Below, piece after piece: positions 7,406-14,381 of a DNA stretch of 14,381 nt. The notes beneath the pieces were generated by a model, which saw nothing but the letters and a program-made list of their open reading frames with translations, was not told the DNA's origin and ran no database searches. Each line of letters begins with the position of its first letter. Within the stretch, counting starts at the first letter, position 1. The translations under genes and the position numbers were made by a program. This stretch comes from Deferrisomatales bacterium (GTDB lineage Bacteria; Desulfobacterota; Deferrisomatia; Deferrisomatales; JACRMM01), in contig JAWSUI010000081.1 of the NCBI GenBank assembly GCA_033551855.1, positions 1 through 14,381 of the forward strand, written 5' to 3'.

Positions 7406-7828
7406 AGCCGGGGACACCAACACCCCGTTCTCGTACGCGGTGTCGGAGATGCGCGTCCAGGTGATTCCCCCGTCCGAGCTCACCAACGGCTGGTTGTACG
7501 CCCACGCTCCGGACGCGCTGACTCCGGCCGCGTTCATGAAGCGGAAGGTTAGCGGCTGATCGCCGGCATTGCGCAGGCGGAAGGAGTACCAGCGGGAGAA
7601 GTCTGACTCGGGGTCGACATGCAGTTCCATGTCGATCGTGCCGGAAGCCCCCGCGCTCCAGCTCCCCAGTCCTGAACCCTCGAAGTCCGTGTCGAGGAAA
7701 AGTCCCGGCGCGGCGGCAGCGCATGCCGCCAGCTGCCCGGCGACGACCAGTGCCACGAGGATGCGAAGGAGGGGGCTCGGGGCGACCACGCTGTGCATGT
7801 GCCTGCGTGAAGTCGGGCGGATGCGCAT
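7406..7828 (-). pseudogene. N-terminal part of a secreted M14-type (cytosolic carboxypeptidase-like) zinc carboxypeptidase, truncated at the oriIS-like end
   Basis: Hydrophobic signal with LAAC lipobox, then DTDFEGSG...SRWYSFRL...LTFRFMNA...W....PLVS.DGG.TW.RI, resembling the M14 N-terminal beta domain. After YENGVLVSPA the frame reads DRKLL, the reverse complement of the oriIS motif. No catalytic domain is present. Confidence 0.65.
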
Positions 7829-7908
7829 GGAACCGTCCTGCGTGGAGGTCGAGGGGGCCGACCCTCACATGATGGGAGTGGCGCCGGCGTCCGCGCAAGA
7901 TGATCGCC

Positions 7909-7950
7909 GATCCCGATCCCGTTCCCGATCCGGATCCCGATCCCGATCCC
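7909..7950. repeat. Hexamer tandem repeat (GATCCC)x7, imperfect
   Basis: GATCCC GATCCC GTTCCC GATCCG GATCCC GATCCC GATCCC, intergenic. Confidence 0.9.
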
Positions 7951-7973
7951 GTCGGCCCGAGGGGCAGCGCCCT

Positions 7974-8027
7974 TATCCCCGCCTCACCCGCCTCACACTC
8001 CTCACCCGCATCACCCGCATCACCCGC
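7974..8027. repeat. 9-mer tandem repeat ([C/A]TCACCCGC) x~6, imperfect
   Basis: TATCCCCGC CTCACCCGC CTCACACTC CTCACCCGC ATCACCCGC ATCACCCGC. The rightmost unit supplies the TGA stop of the Met-rich gene. Confidence 0.85.
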
Positions 8028-8588
8028 CTCTCATGTGCGCCGCGGTCCGCTCCATCATGTCCGCCATCTGCTCGAGCTGATCGAGGTGTGCGGGCATCCG
8101 CTCCCGGACCTCGGACCGGGACGCCGTCTGGAGCGACTCCATCTCCCGCCGGAGCGCCTCCATCTCCTCCATCATCGCCCTGTAGTCCTCGCCGCTCATC
8201 CCCATCATCCCCCCCATCTCTTCGTCGCTCATGCCCATTCCCATGTCCATCTCGCCCACCTGCCGATTAACGAGCCCGAGCATCCGCGCGACCTACGGCA
8301 CATGGTCGGCCATCCGCTCATGCTGCCGGTCCGCTGGCATTCCCCGCATCTCCTGCACGTGCCGGCGCATTTCGGCAGCCATCCGGTCCGCCTCCTCCGC
8401 ATGCCGCTGCATCATGTCCGACATGTCCATCCCGGGGGCGCCCTGCTCCATCGTCATGGGGGCATCCATCTCCATGCCATCCATCGACCGCCCCTCTTCG
8501 TTCCCGCCGCACGCGGCGAGGGCGAGCGCGACTCCCATGACTCCCATGACTCCCGTCGTGATCCTCGAAAAAACGCCGTCCGCTTCAT
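8020..8588 (-). pseudogene. Met-rich predicted lipoprotein (putative Cu(I)/Ag(I)-binding), broken by a homopolymer frameshift and an in-frame TAG
   Basis: GGAGGA RBS then ATG at 8588. Adding one T to the T6 tract (8568-8573) gives MKRTAFFSRITTGVMGVMGVALALAAC (lipobox). ORFs 8293-8547 and 8020-8283 share a frame and are separated only by CCG-TAG-GTC-GCG-CGG. About 30 Met in ~160 mature residues. Directly downstream of cusA. Confidence 0.7.
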
Positions 8589-8622
8589 GATTCCTCCATT
8601 CATCGCTGGTTTCAAGTGATCT

Positions 8623-11600
8623 TCATCCTGCTTCCGCAAAGTGCCCCCGGCGGAGCTGCCACTCCCGCCAGAGGGTGTAGATGATCGGGATGACCACGAG
8701 GGTGAGGATCATCGCCGTGAGCAGCCCCCCGATCATCGGGGCCGCGATCCGCCGCATCGTCGCGGCCCCCACGCCCGCCGCCCAGAGGAGGGGAAGGAGC
8801 GCCCCGATATCCGAGACGACCGTCATGAGGACCGGCCTCACCCGGCTCGTCGCCCCCTCGAGCGCCGCCGCGATCACGTCGCCCGGCTCCGCATCGTTCC
8901 CCCGCTCGCGCACGTGCTTCCGGAAAGCCTGATCGAGGTAGATCAGCATGACCACGCCCATTTCCGCGGCCAGACCCGCGAGGGCGATGAAGCCGACCCA
9001 GACGGCGACGCTGGTGTTGTATCCCAGCAGCCAGAGGAGCCAGACGCCGCCGACGAGTGCGAAGGGGAGCGTGGTCATGACCATCAGGGTCTGGGTCACG
9101 TTCCGGAAGTGGAGGAAAAGAAGAACAAAGACCAGCATCAGCGTGACGGGAACGATGAGCAGCATCCGCTCGCGCACGCGCTCCATCGCCTCGAACTGGC
9201 CGGACCACTGGAGCGTGTAACCCGCCGGCAGGGTGAGGTGCTCGTCGAGCATCTGCCGGGCCTCGGTCACGTACCCGCCGAGATCTCTTCCCTCCACGTC
9301 GACGAAGACGGCGCTCACCGGAAAGGCGTCCTCCGTCTTGACCATCATCGGACCCTGGGCGGTGCGGATATGCGCGAGCTGGCCGAGCGGCACCTCGGCA
9401 CCCCCCCTCGTGGGGATGAGCACCTGGTGCAGCGCCTGCGCGCTCTCGCGGAGCTCGCGCGGGTATCCCACCCTCACCGAGTAGCGCTCGAGCCCCTCGA
9501 CCGTCTGCGTGACCGTCACTCCGCCCACCGCTGCGATGAACGCCTCCTGCACGTCCATGACGTTGAGCCCGTAGCGCCCCGCCGCCTGCCGATCCACCTC
9601 GACGTCCATGTAGAAGCCGCTCGCACCCCGCTCCGCGATCGCGCTCCGGGTGCCGGGCACCTTCCTGAGGTGCCCCTCCACCTCGATTCCGATGCGCTGG
9701 ATCTCCTCGAGGTCGGGGCCGAAGACCTTTACGCCCACGGGCGTCCGCATCCCTGTCGCCAGCATCTCGAGCCGGTTGCGGATCGGCATGGTCCAGATGT
9801 TCATGACACCGGGCATGCGGACGCGCCGATCCATCTCCGCCACGAGCTCATCGTACGTCACGCCGGGGCGCCACTCCGATTCGGGCCTGAGGTTCACCAC
9901 CGTCTCGTACATGTCGAGAGGGGCGGGATCGGTCGCGGTGTTCGCCCGCCCCGCCTTCCCGATCACGCTCACGACTTCGGGGAAATCCGCCAGGATCGCG
10001 TTCTGGCGACGCATGATCTCCTGCGCCTGCTGGATCGAGACGCCGGGAAGCGTCATCGGCATGAAGAGGATCGTGCCCTCCTCCACCGGGGGCATGAACT
10101 CCGTGCCCAGCCGCGTGAAGGGGATCGCGGTCAGCGCCAGCAGGACCGCCGCGCCCGCGAGCACCAGTCCCCTGTGCTTCAGGGCCGCCCGCAGCACGGG
10201 GCGGTAGGCGCCGGTCAGCGCGCGGCTCACGGGGTTGTCCCTCTCCGATCTCACGCGACCCCGGATGAAGTAGCCGAGGGTCACCGGGATGAGCGTCACG
10301 GAGAGGATCGCCGCGGACGCCATCGCCAGCGTCTTCGTCCACGCGAGAGGCGTGAAGAGGCGGCCCTCCTGTGCCTCGAGGGCGAAGATCGGGAGAAAGC
10401 TCACCGTCACGACGAGCAGCGAGAAGAAGATCGCCGGGCCCACCTCCCGGGAGGATTCGGTGACGATCTCCCACCGCCGCGCAGGGGACGGCTCATCTTC
10501 CTCGCGCTCGAGGTGCTTGTGGAGGTTGTCGATCAGCACGATGCCCGCGTCCACCATGGCGCCGATCGCGATCGCGATTCCCGCCAGCGACATGATGTTC
10601 GCCTGGACGCCGAGCAAACGCATGACCACGAATGCGCCGAGTACCGCCACCGGAAGCGTCGCGATCACGACCAGGGAGCTGCGCAGGTGGAGGAGGAAGA
10701 TCGATGCGATCAGCGCCGTCAGCAGGAGCACCTGCACGATGGTCAGCCCCAGGTTTCGGATGGCCGCCCGGATGAGGGGAGCACGATCGTAGGCATCGAC
10801 GATGCGCACGCCCTCCGGGAGCCCGCGCTCGATCTCGGCGATCCGCGTCTTCACGTCGTCAATCACCTTGAGCGCGTTCTCGCCATGGCGCATCACGACG
10901 ATTCCCGTGACGACGTCGCCCCGACCGTCCTTGTCGGCGACGCCGCGGCGCGTCGCGGGGCCGAGCTGCACCCGCCCGACGTCCCGCACCCGCACGGTCG
11001 TCCCCTCCGGGCCGGCGAAGAGCACGACATCCTCGATATCCTCCACCGAGCGCAGGTAGCCGAGGCCCCGGACCATGTACTCCCGTCCACTCATCTCGAG
11101 CGTGCGGGCTCCCACGTCGGCATTCGCACGACGCAGCGCCTCCGACACTCGCTGAATCGCAACCCCGTGCGCCTGCAGCCGCTGCGGATCCACGTCGACC
11201 TGGTACTGCATCACGAAGCCGCCAACGGTGGCGATCTCCGACACGCCCGGCACGCTCTGGAGCCGGTATCGGACGAAGAAGTCCTGCAGCGAGCGCAGCT
11301 CCGCCAGGTCGTGGCGATCGGATTCCAGCGTGTACTGGTAGACCCAGCCCACTCCGGTGGCGTCGGGCCCGAGCCGAGGCGTGACGCCGGCGGGCAGCTG
11401 CTCCCGCACCTGCGACAGGTACTCCAGGACGCGCGAGCGCGCCCAGTACAGGTCCGTCCCTTCCGCAAAGAGGACGTAGACGTAGGAGATCCCGAATGTC
11501 GAGATCCCGCGCACCGTCGTCGCCCCCGGCACCGCGAGCATTGTGGTGGTGAGGGGATAGGTGACCTGGTCCTCGATGATCTGCGGCGCCTGCTCCGCCC

Positions 11601-11757
11601 ACTCCGTCTGGATGATCACCTGCACGTCCGAGAGGTCGGGGATCGCATCGACGGGCGTCGTCAGAATGGCCCAGACGCCCGCGGCGACCACGAATCCTCC
11701 GGCGAGAAGCACGAGGAAACGGTTCCTGATGGAAGCTTCGATGATATTCGTCAGCAT
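8623..11757 (-). CDS. cusA: CusA/SilA-type heavy-metal efflux RND permease (Cu+/Ag+)
   Basis: 1044 aa. DAIPDLSDVQVII, YWARSRVLEYLSQ, LGPDATGVGWVYQY, IAIGAMVD, RVRPVLMT. CusA-type Met ligands in ILFMP, DPAPLDMYET and NRLEMLATG. GGGAGG RBS. Confidence 0.96.
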   Translation of the reverse strand: MLTNIIEASIRNRFLVLLAGGFVVAAGVWAILTTPVDAIPDLSDVQVIIQTEWAEQAPQIIEDQVTYPLTTTMLAVPGATTVRGISTFGISYVYVLFAEGTDLYWARSRVLEYLSQVREQLPAGVTPRLGPDATGVGWVYQYTLESDRHDLAELRSLQDFFVRYRLQSVPGVSEIATVGGFVMQYQVDVDPQRLQAHGVAIQRVSEALRRANADVGARTLEMSGREYMVRGLGYLRSVEDIEDVVLFAGPEGTTVRVRDVGRVQLGPATRRGVADKDGRGDVVTGIVVMRHGENALKVIDDVKTRIAEIERGLPEGVRIVDAYDRAPLIRAAIRNLGLTIVQVLLLTALIASIFLLHLRSSLVVIATLPVAVLGAFVVMRLLGVQANIMSLAGIAIAIGAMVDAGIVLIDNLHKHLEREEDEPSPARRWEIVTESSREVGPAIFFSLLVVTVSFLPIFALEAQEGRLFTPLAWTKTLAMASAAILSVTLIPVTLGYFIRGRVRSERDNPVSRALTGAYRPVLRAALKHRGLVLAGAAVLLALTAIPFTRLGTEFMPPVEEGTILFMPMTLPGVSIQQAQEIMRRQNAILADFPEVVSVIGKAGRANTATDPAPLDMYETVVNLRPESEWRPGVTYDELVAEMDRRVRMPGVMNIWTMPIRNRLEMLATGMRTPVGVKVFGPDLEEIQRIGIEVEGHLRKVPGTRSAIAERGASGFYMDVEVDRQAAGRYGLNVMDVQEAFIAAVGGVTVTQTVEGLERYSVRVGYPRELRESAQALHQVLIPTRGGAEVPLGQLAHIRTAQGPMMVKTEDAFPVSAVFVDVEGRDLGGYVTEARQMLDEHLTLPAGYTLQWSGQFEAMERVRERMLLIVPVTLMLVFVLLFLHFRNVTQTLMVMTTLPFALVGGVWLLWLLGYNTSVAVWVGFIALAGLAAEMGVVMLIYLDQAFRKHVRERGNDAEPGDVIAAALEGATSRVRPVLMTVVSDIGALLPLLWAAGVGAATMRRIAAPMIGGLLTAMILTLVVIPIIYTLWREWQLRRGHFAEAG

Positions 11758-11767
11758 GGAAGCCTCC

Positions 11768-13096
11768 CTATCGGTCGTGGTCGGGATGGGCGATGGCGTC
11801 TTCCTTCGAGTTCGGAGTGGCTGCGCCCATCTCCATTCCGCCGGAGTCGTTCATGCGCGCTCCGCCGGCGCCGTCCATTTCCATGTTCATGTCCATCCCG
11901 GGCATCCCGGGCTGGCCCGCCATCGTCTCCATCAGGCGGCTCTCGGCATCCAGAATGAAGTTGGCGCGAGCGACCACCTGTTCGCCGACCAGGAGGCCGG
12001 AGAGGATCTGCGTGCGCCCGCCGGCATCCATCCCGGTCCGGACTTCGCGGATCTCGTAGTGGCCCGGCGCCTGCGGCACGAAGACGATGTCCCGCGTGCC
12101 CGTGCGCATCACCGCGTCCCGTGGCACCAGGACCGCGCGCTCCACCAGGGGCGCATCGATATGCACGGTCACGAACATTCCCGGCTTCACCCGCCCATCG
12201 GGGTTCGGGAGCTGGATCCGCACGCGTCCGGTGCGGGTCTCCCGGCGCACGTCCGGATGGACGTAGCTGATCCGGCCCGTGAATCGTTCTCCCGGATACG
12301 CGGCCACCTCCACCTCCACGGACTCGTTCAGCGCGATGAATCGCAGGTCCTGCTCGTAGACATCCGCCTCCACCCAGACGGAAGAGAGATCCGCGAGCCG
12401 GTACAGGATCTCTCCCGGCTGCACGCTCTGCCCCGCCTGCACCGCCTTCTCCACCACGAAGCCGCCCGAGAGCGCGTGCAGCGTGAGCGTGCGGCGGATC
12501 TCGCCGCTCCTTTCGATCTCCTCGACCTGCTCCGGCGAGATGTCCCAGAGCAGGAACCGGCGGCGGGCGGACTCCACCAGCCCCCCCGAGCGCTCGGCCA
12601 CCCCGGGCGCGCGGCTGGCCGCGAGACGCTGCTCGAGCCGCACGGCGGAAAGCAGCTCCTCCTGTGCCGAGACGAGCTCCGGAGAATAGATCTCCAGCAC
12701 CGGCTGACCCCGGCGGACGACCTGGCCCGTGAAGTCCACGTGGAGGCGCTCGACGAACCCGCCGAACTTCGGGGTCACGGTCGACAGGCGCGTCTCGTCG
12801 TACGTCACGTTTCCGGTGGTGCGCAGCTCCCGCTGCAGGGAGCCGAGCTCGGCCGTGGCCACCGTCACGCCGAGCGAGCGCGCCATCTGCGGGTCGATCC
12901 GCACCGCGGCATCGTCCATCTGCATCCCCCCCATGTCCATTCCGTCGCCCTGTCCGGCTTCGCCGGGCGCGCCCGCACCCATGCCCTCCATGCCGGCGTG
13001 ATCACGGTCGAACACGAGCATCCCGATCGCGACCGCCGCCACCAGGACCGCCACCCCGCCCAGGATCATGCGCTGCCGTTTTCCGTCGATCTTCAT
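11768..13096 (-). CDS. cusB: CusB-type RND periplasmic adaptor (membrane fusion protein) with Met-rich termini
   Basis: N-terminal TM anchor, G.V.YDE, GFVERL.VDFTG..V.RGQP...IYSPELVSAQEE, ADLS.VWV.ADVYE, NPDG..KPGMF, A.F..D.ES. ATGA overlap with the upstream TolC stop. Confidence 0.93.
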   Translation of the reverse strand: MKIDGKRQRMILGGVAVLVAAVAIGMLVFDRDHAGMEGMGAGAPGEAGQGDGMDMGGMQMDDAAVRIDPQMARSLGVTVATAELGSLQRELRTTGNVTYDETRLSTVTPKFGGFVERLHVDFTGQVVRRGQPVLEIYSPELVSAQEELLSAVRLEQRLAASRAPGVAERSGGLVESARRRFLLWDISPEQVEEIERSGEIRRTLTLHALSGGFVVEKAVQAGQSVQPGEILYRLADLSSVWVEADVYEQDLRFIALNESVEVEVAAYPGERFTGRISYVHPDVRRETRTGRVRIQLPNPDGRVKPGMFVTVHIDAPLVERAVLVPRDAVMRTGTRDIVFVPQAPGHYEIREVRTGMDAGGRTQILSGLLVGEQVVARANFILDAESRLMETMAGQPGMPGMDMNMEMDGAGGARMNDSGGMEMGAATPNSKEDAIAHPDHDR

Positions 13097-13950
13097 CGGT
13101 CTTCCTCCAGGTTCAGTTCGATGCCGGCGGCCCGCTCCAGCTCAGCCAGGGCCCGACCGAAATCCCCGAGCTGACGGGCGAGCTCGATCTCGTTGCGGAA
13201 AAGGGTCGCCTGCGCGTTCAGCAGGGTCGCGAAGTCGACGTGTCCCGCCTGGTAGGCGACGGCGGCGCTCTCCATCGCTGCCTCGGCCTCGGGAATCACG
13301 CCGTCGCTCAGGAGAAGGACCTGCTCACGTGTTCTCACGAGCGTCGCGTAGCGGGCGGCCACCTCGGCGGTGATCTCGTTCACCATCTGGTGGTGCCGGA
13401 GCTCCTCAGCGGCGAGCTCGTGCGCGGCCTCGACCACCGCCTGCCGCTGCTTGCGGCCCGCGAAGATCGGCACAGGCACGGAGATGGAGGCGGTCACCAG
13501 GTCATCACGCCCCCGGCGGGATCCGTATCCCAGCCCCACTTCCAGGCCGGGATAGCGTTCCCGGTCGGCGAGCTCGACGGCCTGGCGCGCCGCCGCGATC
13601 CGGTGGATATGGCGAAGGAGGCTCGGGCGCTCGCGCACGGCCCGCCCCTGGAGCTCCTCGAGCGATGGAAAGCCTTCTCCCATGCCATCTTCGAGCGCCG
13701 ATACGGTGAACGCGGAGCGGGTCGGCGTCGCGAGCGCCAGCGCCCGGACCTCCGCCGGGTACACGGGCTCCAGCACCTCGAGAGCGGGACGCTGGAGGAG
13801 AGCGTTCATTTCGGCACCGGCCGCGGTCCGGCGCCCCCGGAGCCCGGCGATCTGCTCGTCCATCCGCGTGATCTCCGTCTGGGCCCGCAGCACGTCCTGT
13901 TGCGGCGTCCGACCCACGGCCAGTCGAGCCTCGGCGATCTCCGAGAATTC
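13093..13950 (-). pseudogene. TolC/CusC-family outer-membrane efflux protein, C-terminal ~285 aa only
   Basis: FSEIAEARLAVGRTPQQDVLRAQ, ERYP...VG..Y..R, S.PVPIF, AYQAG.VDF.TLL.AQ, LAELERAAG. Translationally coupled to cusB. The signal peptide and N-terminal part are replaced by LipB sequence. Confidence 0.85.
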
Positions 13951-14381
13951 CTCCAGTGCCTGGAAGACGGCGTCCGGTGCAGGCCCGGGCCCGAGGAGGG
14001 CGCGGAGGGACGTGGCGGGGGTGTCGGTTTGGCCGCAGGGGACGATCAGGTCGAAGTGGGAGAGCTCGGGGCACACGTTGAAGGCGAAGCCGTGGTAGGA
14101 GACCCCCCGGGAGACGGCGACGCCGACGGCGCCGAGCTTGTCGCACCCGGTGTAGATGCCCGGGCGGCCCGGCCGGCGCTCCGCGGCCACCCCGAAGCGG
14201 GCCGCCGTTCGGATCATGACCTCCTCCAGACGGTCGACGTAGGCCCGGATGCCGATGCCGTGGTCCTCGAGCCGGAGGATCGGGTAGCCCACCGCCTGGC
14301 CGGGCCCGTGGTAGGTCGCCTGGCCGCCCCTCTCCACCCGGTGGACCGCGATGCGCGCTGCGGCGAGGGTCTCGGGCGCCG
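13945..14381 (-). pseudogene. lipB: Second, divergent LipB fragment fused in frame to the TolC C-terminal part; open at the window edge
   Basis: APETLAAARIAVHRVERGGQATYHGPGQ...KLGAVG...HGFAFN...IVPCG...FQALEEF. About 35 differences over ~130 aa against the first LipB by hand count (roughly 73% identity). Confidence 0.9.
14327..14381. repeat. 55-bp exact direct repeat of 870-924
   Basis: CCCCTCTCCACCCGGTGGACCGCGATGCGCGCTGCGGCGAGGGTCTCGGGCGCCG at both places. The preceding base differs (G14326 vs C869). Confidence 0.95.

Noticed and set aside
6686..7552. 288-aa plus-strand ORF as a real gene
   Set aside because: Overlaps nemA out of frame, crosses the oriIS-like end and runs antisense into the M14 remnant. 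Only the short hydrophobic stretch from 6992 looks like coding sequence.
7909..8027. CRISPR array
   Set aside because: Units are 6 and 9 bp, contiguous and without spacers. No cas genes are present.
7900..8619. His-rich 239-aa plus-strand ORF
   Set aside because: The His (CAT) richness is the reverse complement of the Met (ATG) codons of the minus-strand lipoprotein, and its PDPD start is the hexamer repeat.
8641..11958. 1105-aa plus-strand ORF (also 11561-13174)
   Set aside because: Antisense shadow of cusA/cusB. Long stop-free reverse frames are expected in GC-rich coding DNA, and there are no recognisable motifs.

Overview
GC-rich bacterial window with three blocks. (1) 1-2150, host genes: the 3' end of a TauE/SafE-type membrane protein converging on lipA-lipB. 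(2) 2157-7405, an accessory block. It starts at a 44-nt 3' half of tRNA-Glu(CTC), a likely att junction. It then holds a frameshifted IS91/ISCR-type rolling-circle transposase cut by a complete IS1634-family element with no target duplication, an intact Old Yellow Enzyme (nemA-like) gene, a probable 3' tail of an IS91-type transposase and an oriIS-like end. (3) 7406-14381, minus strand: an M14-carboxypeptidase-like gene truncated at the oriIS-like end, and a Cu/Ag RND efflux operon (tolC-cusB-cusA plus a very Met-rich lipoprotein gene with two lesions). The TolC gene lacks its 5' part and is joined in frame, at a GAATTC, to a second, divergent lipB fragment. The last 55 bp of the window are identical to 870-924 in the first lipB, so the right end may be an assembly or library chimera.
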